DNA of 64,000 bases from Nitrososphaeria archaeon (lineage in GTDB: Archaea; Thermoproteota; Nitrososphaeria; JACIWG01). Positions 18,954 to 28,253 of the stretch are shown here, piece after piece. The notes below the pieces were generated by a model. That model had not been told where the DNA came from and did no database searches. It saw nothing but the letters and a program-made list of their open reading frames with translations. The stretch covers positions 15,611 to 79,610 of the forward strand of contig CAVXDT010000009.1 of NCBI GenBank assembly GCA_963760525.1. The letters run 5' to 3'. The stretch's first letter is position 1; each line of letters opens with the position of its first letter. The position numbers were made by a program, and so were the translations under genes.

Positions 18954-19574
18954 TTATGGTTGTCCCATAAATTCAACGAATTCTTTGGGAGTTCTTTCCT
19001 TAAGAGTATAATTTGTTCTTTTCTCTATCCCAATTGTTGAATAAGGCATTGGTCCATAATCGTGGCCTGGATAGACTTCTATGCCATCATCGAGTTTCAT
19101 AAGCTTATGGAAAAGGCTTTTATACATTTCCACAACACTTCCTCCTGGCATATCTGTTCTCCCACATTCTCCTACAAAAAGTGTGTCGCCTGTCAGCAGT
19201 TTTCCGTCGACTAGAAGACAAATGCTGTCAGCACTATGCCCAGGAGTATGTATTATGCTTATTACCACTTTTCCTAAGGCGACAGTATCTCCATCCACTA
19301 CGCCGACATCTTTCCTAGAATTTGATAATGTGTGCGCAACTAGTTTTGCATTATACTTTGATACAAGCACATGATTGCCAAAAGTATGGTCGCTGTGACT
19401 GTGAGTATTAATTACATATTTTAACTTCATGTTTTTGTCGTCGAGTATTTGAATAATAGCGTCTGCATTGTAACTGGGGTCTACAACAGCAGACTCCCTT
19501 GTTTCAGTATCTGAAATGATATAGGAGAAGTTGTCACCTTCACTCTTGACCTGTTCAAAGTACATAAGAAACAC
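18954..19574 (-). CDS. Metallo-beta-lactamase fold hydrolase (glyoxalase II/persulfide dioxygenase-like)
   Basis: THSHSDH, HTPGHS, TGDTLF, GRTD, PGHDYG. Confidence 0.92.
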   Translation of the reverse strand: MFLMYFEQVKSEGDNFSYIISDTETRESAVVDPSYNADAIIQILDDKNMKLKYVINTHSHSDHTFGNHVLVSKYNAKLVAHTLSNSRKDVGVVDGDTVALGKVVISIIHTPGHSADSICLLVDGKLLTGDTLFVGECGRTDMPGGSVVEMYKSLFHKLMKLDDGIEVYPGHDYGPMPYSTIGIEKRTNYTLKERTPKEFVEFMGQP

Positions 19575-19598
19575 CTACAACTTTCTAATATAGTTCCA

Positions 19599-20057
19599 CT
19601 AAAGTACTCTTTTTATTTCTTCTTTGAGCTGTCCATCTGTTTTATCTGCCGGATCTATGCCTAATGCTCTTGCAGCCTCTTCAAGCTTCAGTCTTTCAGG
19701 CTGCTTATTCAATTCCTTCTTCAACATTTCCGGTGCCTTATTCAATTCTTTCTTCAACATTTCCGGTGCCTTATTCAATTCTTTCATCAACATTTCCGGT
19801 GCTTTGCTCAGGTCCCCCTTCAACATTTCTGGCACCTTGTTCAGGTCCACATTTAATGGCGTCATATTAAGTTCCGACTGAGCCTTATCTATTTCCTTCT
19901 GTATCTGCATCCTAGCCTTCTGAAATTCCCCAGTAGCTCTACCTATGGTCTTTGCGAGTTCGGGTATTTTGTTGCTGCCAAACAACACCACAACTAGGAC
20001 GACTATGACCCATAACCATTCTTGCCCGAGTATTTGCAGTACGAAGTCTTCTAACAT
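19599..20057 (-). CDS. tatA: Twin-arginine translocase TatA/TatB subunit with internal repeat
   Basis: EW-TM-FG hinge, KIPELAKTIGRATGEF amphipathic helix, archaeal-type tail AARALGID..KTD.QL. Confidence 0.88.
   Translation of the reverse strand: MLEDFVLQILGQEWLWVIVVLVVVLFGSNKIPELAKTIGRATGEFQKARMQIQKEIDKAQSELNMTPLNVDLNKVPEMLKGDLSKAPEMLMKELNKAPEMLKKELNKAPEMLKKELNKQPERLKLEEAARALGIDPADKTDGQLKEEIKRVL
19705..19848. repeat. 33-bp tandem repeat, 4 full copies plus a partial
   Basis: Unit TTATTCAATTCCTTCTTCAACATTTCCGGTGCC starting 19705, 19738, 19771, 19804, partial 19837; encodes KAPEMLKKELN-type 11-mers. Confidence 0.93.
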
Positions 20058-20229
20058 ACACTCACAGCAAGATGGTCCATATTGCGGTTCTATTTAGCTT
20101 TACCTTATCTGTCAAATGTTCAAGATGTAGAAAAATGTAGCAGAACGTAGCATAGTACTATGATACCCAATAAGCTCGGCGGATAAAATAGATAAGAGGG
20201 CAGAGTAGTTTCGGGGATATTGTTCGTCT

Positions 20230-21600
20230 TCAGGCTACGTATATGACCATTAGATCCATTAGATTCGTTCCTGTGTCATATGTGTAGACAGCATCTTTTA
20301 TTCTTCTAAAAACGGAAGATGAATTATGCTTTCTCAGTTCTTCCCCGATGTTTATGCCTTTTCTCTCTGCTAGTTCAACCGTTTTACCATCCACTATTGC
20401 TCCAGCTATGTTAGTCGGCCCGTCGGTACCATCTGTAGCTATTGAAGCGATGAAGATTCTGTCGAAACCAGATATCTCCTGTGCAGCTGAAAGTACCATT
20501 TCTTGGTTTCTACCTCCTTCACCATGGTTTTCTCCCTGCATTGAGACAGTTGTCTCTCCCCCTGCAATCAAGACGCATGGTGGTTCAAAAGGCGTGCCAA
20601 CATTATGAATCGTCTTTGCTATGCCTGCGAGCATCCTTCCGACATCCTTCGCCTCACCTTCGACCCCAGTTGAGAACACATGCGCCTTCATGCCCAGTTT
20701 TGCCGCTTCTTCTCTGGCTTGCGAGCACATCATAATATTGTCCGCAATAACAATATTATGCACTTTAATCCTTCTTCTATCGTAATCCTTCTGTTTTGGA
20801 GTCTCTCTCTCAAAGCTATCTTCTTCAAGATAAGATTTCACACTTGATGGAATACGCTCTATCAAGTTGTATTGGTTAAGAACTCTGATTGCGTCCTCAA
20901 AAGTCGAGTTGTCCGGGACTGTTGGCCCCCAAGGCAACCCTCCGATTTCGTCAACTGATATCAGGCCAATCACAGTGGCCTCATCAGCTAATATGGCAAG
21001 CTTACCTCTTCCTAAACTGGACAGATGATTTCTCACAATGTTCATTTTTTCAATTGGTACACCTGACTTCAATAGTAGATCATAGGTTTCTTCAAATTCC
21101 ATACGAGTAACTCCTTCTGGGGGGGATGATGCTAAAGCTGTCCAACCTCCGCTTACACAGACTATGAGTAGGTCCTTCTTGCTTACTTTTCCAGCTATTC
21201 TGATTACCTCTTCTGCTCCTCGAACACTCTCACGGTCAGGTATAGGATGTCCTGCGAAGATTGTTGGCATCTTCCTGGTTTTTAGTTGACACCCTTTCTT
21301 TTCGATAACAACCCCTTCGCTAATTCTCTCTCCAAGAGCATCCTCCAAGGCAAGAGCCATAAAGCTTGAGTTCTTCCCGCCAGCTATGACAAAGATGTGT
21401 TCAACGTCATCTAGTTTTATTTCAATATCATTTATCTTTAGAGTATTATCTTCTACTCTCAAAATCCTCTTGATAATGGTATAATAGTTCATTTCTCTGA
21501 TGGTCTGCTCGATTATTTTGATGATAATTCCACGTTCCTCCCTAAGATCTTTGGATAAGAGTTCTTCCTTGTTCTTGATTATCAAAACCTGTGCCCTCAC
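20230..21600 (-). CDS. Glycerate 2-kinase family protein (class II, MOFRL), copy 1
   Basis: AGHPIPD, VSGG, NIVRNHLS, GGETTV, GGRNQE, TDGTDGPT, TGTNLMD. Confidence 0.9.
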   Translation of the reverse strand: MRAQVLIIKNKEELLSKDLREERGIIIKIIEQTIREMNYYTIIKRILRVEDNTLKINDIEIKLDDVEHIFVIAGGKNSSFMALALEDALGERISEGVVIEKKGCQLKTRKMPTIFAGHPIPDRESVRGAEEVIRIAGKVSKKDLLIVCVSGGWTALASSPPEGVTRMEFEETYDLLLKSGVPIEKMNIVRNHLSSLGRGKLAILADEATVIGLISVDEIGGLPWGPTVPDNSTFEDAIRVLNQYNLIERIPSSVKSYLEEDSFERETPKQKDYDRRRIKVHNIVIADNIMMCSQAREEAAKLGMKAHVFSTGVEGEAKDVGRMLAGIAKTIHNVGTPFEPPCVLIAGGETTVSMQGENHGEGGRNQEMVLSAAQEISGFDRIFIASIATDGTDGPTNIAGAIVDGKTVELAERKGINIGEELRKHNSSSVFRRIKDAVYTYDTGTNLMDLMVIYVA

Positions 21601-21610
21601 TTAATCCATT

Positions 21611-22894
21611 TCATAGGGGGATTCTATAGTTTCTTCCAGCGTATCTTGCCATCTTACCTAATTCTTCCTCTGTTCTTATTAGCTGATTGAATTGTGCAAC
21701 TCTCTCGCTTCTCGTCGGTGCTCCGTTCTTTATTTGACCCGCGTTTATTGCTACTGTCAAGTCAGCAAGCCATGTGTCTTCGGTTTGCGCTGACCTTTCC
21801 GAAACCAGGACGCTATAACCGTTCCTGTTCGCGTATGAAGCTGTTTCCAATGCCTCGCTTAAAGTTCCTATCTGGTTCACCTTAAGGAGCACGGTGTTTG
21901 CTGCTTTCATCTGAACTCCTTTGATTAGACGACTGATATTTGAAACGAAGAAATCATCTCCCACTATTTGAATGCCTAGCCTCCTCGTGATTTCCGCGAA
22001 CCCTTCAAAATCATCCTCGTAAAGCGGGTCCTCTATTGACTTTAGAGGGTATGTCTTAACGAGCTCTTCATATATGTCCATCAGTTGCTCTCTCGTGACC
22101 TCTTTCCCTCTATATCTATAGTTCCCAGTTTTCTCGTGATACATGTGCGTTGAGGCTGCGTCCATCGCAAGTATGAAATCGTTTCCATATCCTTCTTCAT
22201 CGATTGCTGCCAGTATTATTTCATAAGCTTCTCCAGGATCGCTTATTCCAGGGGGTGAAAACGATCCCTCATCACCAGTGTTCAAAGAGTACTTTCCATA
22301 TTTCTTAGAAAGCATTTTTCCTAAGGTATGATATACTTCACAACCCATTTGCATGGCTTCTGCGAAAGTCTTTGCTCCCACTGGCATTACATTGAATTCC
22401 TGAAAATCGAGGTCAGTGGCAGCAAGTTTCCCGCCGCAAATATAAAGAAACATGGGAACAGGTAGGACATAGGAATCTGTTCCGCCAATATATCGATAGA
22501 CAGGCAGTGAAAGAGCACTTGCAGCTGCTTTTGCTACTGCCCAAGATGTTGCGACCAAAGCATTTCCTCCCAGCTTTGATTTGTCGCTTGTGCCATCTTT
22601 TTCAATCATAGCATAGTCTATTTCTCTTTGATGTCGAACATCATATCCTTTGATTAAATTTGCTATGACTTCATTCACCATCCCTACTGCTTTTCGAACT
22701 CCTAACCCCCCATACCTTTCACCTCCATCTCTGAACTCAAAAGCCTCATATCTTCCCCTTGAGCGCCCAGCAGGCGTGTCCGCTCGCCCCAGAAAACCTC
22801 CTTCAGTGATAACATCAACTTCTATAGTAGGATCGCCTCTGCAATCCAAGATTTCCCTAGCCTTAACCTCCCCTATTCTAAAATTGTTTTCCAT
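21611..22894 (-). CDS. Enolase homologue with altered active site, copy 1
   Basis: REILDCRGDPTIEV, LGGNA, QEF, GDEG, IEDP, GDD, LLKVNQIG; SERSAQTED in place of SHRSGETED. Confidence 0.88.
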   Translation of the reverse strand: MENNFRIGEVKAREILDCRGDPTIEVDVITEGGFLGRADTPAGRSRGRYEAFEFRDGGERYGGLGVRKAVGMVNEVIANLIKGYDVRHQREIDYAMIEKDGTSDKSKLGGNALVATSWAVAKAAASALSLPVYRYIGGTDSYVLPVPMFLYICGGKLAATDLDFQEFNVMPVGAKTFAEAMQMGCEVYHTLGKMLSKKYGKYSLNTGDEGSFSPPGISDPGEAYEIILAAIDEEGYGNDFILAMDAASTHMYHEKTGNYRYRGKEVTREQLMDIYEELVKTYPLKSIEDPLYEDDFEGFAEITRRLGIQIVGDDFFVSNISRLIKGVQMKAANTVLLKVNQIGTLSEALETASYANRNGYSVLVSERSAQTEDTWLADLTVAINAGQIKNGAPTRSERVAQFNQLIRTEEELGKMARYAGRNYRIPL

Positions 22895-23090
22895 TATTGA
22901 TCTTTCTCATTTTACGGTTCCAATTGTATCATTATATAAATCTTAGTCGCGCTGAAAGAAGACTTCCGAAAGAACAGTGAAATGAAGTCTTTATGTGTTC
23001 ATTCTTTTATGACTCGACCCAACATCCTCAACGTGCTAAGGTATTGATCTTTAGTAATCTTACCTTTTTTCTCCTCTGCTATTTGCTTGC

Positions 23091-24299
23091 CTAATCCAGC
23101 TTGTCATATAGTAGATCAGCAACTGTCATTGCCATAATCTTCGCAGGAATAATATATGCCATTTCTTTATCTTTCAATTCGAAGTCCTTTGTGTGAACAC
23201 CTCCGGTGAACCCCCCTATCATAGGATGTAGAACTGGCATGATCATGCTGACATCTCCCATATCTGTTGACCATGCTCTATGTACTGGTTCCTCCATGAC
23301 TTGTGCAAACTGGGATGCGTTATTCGAAAAGATTTCAGCTAGTCGTATGCTTGGAGACAGGGGCATGAAATTGCAGAATTGACTGATTTTAACTTTGGCT
23401 CCTATGGCCTGCGCTCCAGAAACCAAGGCTTTGTTTATTCTACTATCAGTTTCTGTTAACGCTTCAAGAGTGCGTGCTTTGACATATGATGAGACTTCTA
23501 CTTGAGAGGGGACAATGTTCTCACTTTCGCCCCCTTTTGTTATTATAGGAGTGAACCTAATGTAGTCCTCATCTCTAAATGTTTCCCTTAGAGCGTTTAC
23601 AGCCTGTAACCCTAACAGAGCGGCATTCAAAGCGTTTATTCCATCCCACGGAGCCCCAGTATAATGTGCTGCCTTACCCAAGTACCTAATCGACTTGATA
23701 ATTGATGCATTTGTCGAAAGTCTAGGCCAGATTTTCCTTTCTGTCGTGTTTCCTTCCGCATGACACATCATTGCTATATCTATATCATCGAATCCTCCAA
23801 GCCTAATCAATTCCTGTTTTCCAGCCATAAACTCCAGTTTTCCTTCATCAACAAGTTTTCTTCGATATTCGTAATCTGAACCTTCTTCTGCAGGTGCTCC
23901 AAATAATGTAACAGATCCATTTAGTTCGTCAATGACACCTGAATCGACGAGACCAAATCCAGCTCCTATAACTTCTGTAATCTGTGCAAAGTGACCGCAT
24001 GCGTGTGCAACTGTCCCCACTGCCATGGGATGTAAAGGGCACACTACTGCGTCCAGTTCGCCAACTATTGAAACGTTAATTTGTCCAGTTCCAACTTTTC
24101 CTCTTATTCCTGTTATTGCTAGGTCGTCTTTGATTTCCAAGTCTAATTCCTCAAATTTCTTCTTCACCTTGCTTGAAGTTCTGAATTCCTTAAAACCTAG
24201 TTCGGGATTCCTTTGGATATCATCTGCAAAAGACGACAACTCCTGACTTCTCTCATCAATCGCTTCACAGACCCTTTTCTTCAGCTGGCTTAACGACAT
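23091..24299 (-). CDS. M20D amidohydrolase (Acy1L2/AbgB-like)
   Basis: NPELGFKE, ELDA, HACGH, PAEE, GKAAH..APWDGINAL, STDMGDVS. Confidence 0.9.
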   Translation of the reverse strand: MSLSQLKKRVCEAIDERSQELSSFADDIQRNPELGFKEFRTSSKVKKKFEELDLEIKDDLAITGIRGKVGTGQINVSIVGELDAVVCPLHPMAVGTVAHACGHFAQITEVIGAGFGLVDSGVIDELNGSVTLFGAPAEEGSDYEYRRKLVDEGKLEFMAGKQELIRLGGFDDIDIAMMCHAEGNTTERKIWPRLSTNASIIKSIRYLGKAAHYTGAPWDGINALNAALLGLQAVNALRETFRDEDYIRFTPIITKGGESENIVPSQVEVSSYVKARTLEALTETDSRINKALVSGAQAIGAKVKISQFCNFMPLSPSIRLAEIFSNNASQFAQVMEEPVHRAWSTDMGDVSMIMPVLHPMIGGFTGGVHTKDFELKDKEMAYIIPAKIMAMTVADLLYDKLD

Positions 24300-24333
24300 T
24301 TCTCAAATCTCTTGATATCAACAAACAAAATAT

Positions 24334-24984
24334 TCATATAAAAGACTTGCCATCGAATTTCCTGAGAAAGTCTTTTGTTTTTATGAGTTCACAGCAAATC
24401 CTCTTCAGTTCTTCGATACCCTTGTCATATATACCGGAGATCGCATCTTCTATCACTACAAGTCTGAAATCTCTTTCACTAGCTTCATATATCGATGTTC
24501 TTGGACAATTTGGAAAATTACACCCTGTGAAAACTAAAGTTGATACGCCCTTTTCTTCGAGAAAATCCTCCAACTGAGTTGCATAAAATGCACCCCATCT
24601 AGATTTATAAATTACAAACTCGTTTAGCCCAATCTTCTGAATTTCGCCCTTCAACAGTTTTTCAGCATCTAATCTAGCATCATTAGGTCTTAGCTCCCTA
24701 ACTAATTCAAAACCTTTGGAATTTGGGGGAACTATTCTTAACCCTTCCTCAATTTTCTTTTTTCTGCACATGTCAGCATTTGAACCATTTTCCTTGTAGA
24801 TTCTAACCACATGTACTATCAGTTTACTCCTTTCTCTAAATTTATTCAAAATCGCAACTATGTTTGGAATAATTTCATATGTTCCCTCAATCTCATAAGG
24901 TCCCATTCTTGATGAGAAATCATTTTGCATATCAATAGTCAGTAATCCAATATTCTCATAATTTGGTTCAGTATATAGATCCAT
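24334..24984 (-). CDS. Isochorismatase-family cysteine hydrolase
   Basis: IDMQNDF, KSRWGAFY, GCNFPNCPRTS (Asp-Lys-Cys triad). Confidence 0.9.
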   Translation of the reverse strand: MDLYTEPNYENIGLLTIDMQNDFSSRMGPYEIEGTYEIIPNIVAILNKFRERSKLIVHVVRIYKENGSNADMCRKKKIEEGLRIVPPNSKGFELVRELRPNDARLDAEKLLKGEIQKIGLNEFVIYKSRWGAFYATQLEDFLEEKGVSTLVFTGCNFPNCPRTSIYEASERDFRLVVIEDAISGIYDKGIEELKRICCELIKTKDFLRKFDGKSFI

Positions 24985-25103
24985 TATGATTCAATTAGGA
25001 TTATCTTGATTAAAATCTTTCTATAATTTCTTTGGGAGAGATTCAGAACCCAAAACCAAGAACAATATATCATGTCTAATATCGTATCTAGTATTGTATC
25101 TGA

Positions 25104-26639
25104 TTAAGCTATTTTTTTCAGCCAACCCATTGTGAGCTTGACACTTTCTTTCCAACCCTTGTAGAGATGATCGCTTTTCTCTTTAGACCATTTTGGCTCG
25201 AAAACTCTGTCCACAGCCCAAAGTTTTCGTAACTCATCCAAATCTTTCCAAAATCCAACTGCAATACCAGCAGCATATGCCGCACCCAAGGAGGTAGTTT
25301 CAGTAAACCTGGGTCTTACGACATTGCATCCTAAGATAGACGCTTGGAGCTGCATTAGATAGTTGTTAACACTAGCCCCACCGTCAACCTTCAAGGCTTC
25401 TAGTTTCATATTAGAGTCATTAACCATGGCTTCAAATACATCTCGCGTTTGCCAACATATCGATTCAAGAGTTGCGTGTACAAGATGCTCCCTTTTTATG
25501 AAACTGGTCAATCCGCAGATCACTCCTCGGGCGTTAGAGTCCAAAAAGGAGCGTAGAGTCCACTGAATGCTGGAACAAAGTATATTCCTCCAGATCCTTC
25601 CTCACTTATCGATTCAGCTATCTTTTCTGTTTCAGAGGACGATTTGATCAGCTTGAGATTGTCCCGAAGCCATTGTATAGCAGAGCCAGCTATAGCAATA
25701 GAACCTTCTAAAGCATAGTAGCATCGGTTTCTTTCTAGACTAAACGCTACAGTTGTGAGAAGCCTATTCCTTGAGAATCTTGGTTCCTCTTCCTATAGTA
25801 GCTAGTATAAAACATCCCGTTCCATACGTATTCTTGACCTCTCCCTCTTTGAAACATGCTTGCCCAACTAGAGCTGCTTGCTGGTCACCTAGGTCTCCGC
25901 AAACTGGAATCGCTGCTCCAAGAATGCCATCAACTTGTGTATACCCGTATATTTCCTTGTCAGAGGAAGGTCTGAGTTTAGGTAGAATACTTTCTGGAAT
26001 CCCTAGAAGATCCAGCATTTCTTTATCCCAAACTAACTTTCTAATGTTCATTAACATTGTGCGAGAACCGTTTGTGTAGTCCGTTACGTGAGCCCCCTTT
26101 TTTGGTCCTCCAGTAAGCCACCATATTAACCATGAATCAATATTTCCAAAGTATACCATCTCCTTTTCAGCTTTTTCACGAATTCCTGGCACATTATCTA
26201 AAATCCATTTTATTTTAGGACCCGAGAAATAAGTAGAAGAAAATAAGCCTGTACGCTTTTGGATAAAATCATCGTGTTCCCGTAAACTATCGCATATATC
26301 CTTTGTTCGAGTGCACTGCCAGACAATGGCATTGTAATAAGGTCGACCTGTTTTAGGATTCCAAAGTATAGTAGTTTCACGTTGATTGGTGACGCCTATT
26401 GCTGCGATTTCGTTTGGCTGGATTCTAGTTTCTTTTAATGCTGCATTTATGACATTGCAGGTTTTTTCAATTATCTCAATAGGATCGTGTTCTACCCATC
26501 CCGGTCTTGGGTAGGTCTGCTGATGTTCAGAGTACTTCCAGGCAACCCTATTTCCGTCATGGTCAATAATCAAACATTTCGTTCCAGTAGTCCCTTGGTC
26601 AATAGTCAAACAGTATCGTTTATCCGTCATGATTACCAT
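25104..26639 (-). CDS. glpK: Glycerol kinase (two single-base frameshifts near 25790 and 25542)
   Basis: [42 protein letters not shown]; uncalled middle frame reads [34 protein letters not shown]; C-terminal [12 protein letters not shown]. Confidence 0.92.
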
Positions 26640-26762
26640 TTAGCATCTGACTTGAGCTTAAAAGTAGTATGTTTTCTTATCTTTACTGATAAGTGAAGTG
26701 TCAATTTCAACATTCCATAATATTTTTATATAAATTGGAAACTAGATTAAGCTGATTCACAT

Positions 26763-28229
26763 TTGAGAATGTTAAACATGGAGACACTAGTTTCGCATGG
26801 CAATACAATCGGAAGAAAGGCAGTGGCTGAAATCCTTGAAGCTGGACTTCTAGCAGCAGATCCATATCGCAATACTAGGAAATTGATTAGGTTACAAAAT
26901 AATAGTTTGATAGTAGGTTGTAAGGAGTACGAACCGCCTGGGGACCCCAGCAGTGGGGATGCAGTTTTTGACCTATCCAAAGTTGGAAGCATATACGTTG
27001 TGGGAGCAGCAAAAGGAGTTCAAGGAGCAGCAAAAGCAATTGAAGATATCCTGCAAGACAAATTGACTGGAGGCCATGTCATAGCGAAAAAAGGCGATCC
27101 GCTTATTCTGAAAAAAATTGGAGTTACCGAAGGCGCTCATCCTGTGCCAGATGAGAACTGTGTGGAAGGATGTAAGAAGATTGTTCAAATCGCCGAAAAA
27201 GCAAAGGAAGGTGATCTTGTGTTCACAATTAGTGGAAATGGCGGTTCTTCGCTGCTTACTCTACCTGTGCCTGGTGTAAGCATTGAAGATGTTAGGCAAT
27301 TAACGTATAGAATGCAGATCGAATTGGGTGTACCTACTGAAGACTTGAATGTTGTCCGAAATCACTTGGATGTTCTGAAAGTTGGCAGGCTTTCAAAGCT
27401 AATATATCCTGCAACCACGATACATATCCTTCTATGGGATCCTGGAGATCCTTTACCTTCTACAAGTGGTGCTTCTGGCTATGAACGGCTATTATCGAAC
27501 AATCTTTGGCTTCACGCTCTCCCTGATCATACAACCTTTACTGACGCTGTTCATGTGTTAAAGAAATGGAAAATGTGGGATGAAGTTCCAAAGTCTATTA
27601 GATCACACATTGAGGCTGCTGATCCCAAATTTGAGACGCCTAAGAAAGAAGATTTTGACAACATGACGTTCCGTATTTTCGGCATATTGCCTAGGAGGGG
27701 AGCCATAGAGGAAGCTAGAAGAAAATCAGAAGCTTTGGGTTTCAATCCAGTTATTCTAACTGAATGGATGCAAGCTGAAGCAAAAGACGCAGGTAGGGTC
27801 ATAGCCCAGATAGCCAAGAATGTTGACAATGCAGGTAGACCGTTTAAACCACCATGTGTTTTAATAACTACAGGAGAACTTCTTGTATCAGTTGGAAATG
27901 AACGAGGTATAGGTGGCAGAAATCAAGAGTTTATCCTTTCTGCAGCACTGGAGATAAAGGGAAGCCAGAACATTGTGATGGGAGCGGTGGACACAGATGG
28001 AACAGATGGCCCCGGTCAACAGTTCGTCGAAGGACAGGAAAAAGTACCATGCTTATCTGGAGCAATAGTTGACGGATTCACTTTTGGAGAAGCCACCAGG
28101 ATGGAACTTGACATAATAAAGGAACTAAAGGCTCACAATTCCTCAATACCTTTGATTAAGTTAGGCGATGGCGTTATCGCAACACAAGGAGTAAGCCTTG
28201 GTGACCTTGGAATAACGCTTATACTTTAA
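26763..28229 (+). CDS. Glycerate 2-kinase family protein (class II, MOFRL), copy 2
   Basis: GAAKG, GAHPVPD, NGGSSLL, NVVRNHL, GGRNQE, TDGTDGP. Confidence 0.88.
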   Translation: MRMLNMETLVSHGNTIGRKAVAEILEAGLLAADPYRNTRKLIRLQNNSLIVGCKEYEPPGDPSSGDAVFDLSKVGSIYVVGAAKGVQGAAKAIEDILQDKLTGGHVIAKKGDPLILKKIGVTEGAHPVPDENCVEGCKKIVQIAEKAKEGDLVFTISGNGGSSLLTLPVPGVSIEDVRQLTYRMQIELGVPTEDLNVVRNHLDVLKVGRLSKLIYPATTIHILLWDPGDPLPSTSGASGYERLLSNNLWLHALPDHTTFTDAVHVLKKWKMWDEVPKSIRSHIEAADPKFETPKKEDFDNMTFRIFGILPRRGAIEEARRKSEALGFNPVILTEWMQAEAKDAGRVIAQIAKNVDNAGRPFKPPCVLITTGELLVSVGNERGIGGRNQEFILSAALEIKGSQNIVMGAVDTDGTDGPGQQFVEGQEKVPCLSGAIVDGFTFGEATRMELDIIKELKAHNSSIPLIKLGDGVIATQGVSLGDLGITLIL

Positions 28230-28253
28230 CAATTCTGAGGTAGATGTGGTTAA

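Noticed and set aside
19705-19848. CRISPR array
   Set aside because: Units are contiguous with no spacers and are in frame within tatA; no cas genes
20151-20162. Perfect palindrome CATAGTACTATG upstream of tatA
   Set aside because: Single 12-bp occurrence, about 50 bp from the TATA, no second copy seen; compatible with chance
25540-25795. Programmed frameshifting in glpK and other split genes
   Set aside because: No consistent slippery heptamer or downstream structure; mixed +1 and -1 indels fit sequencing error
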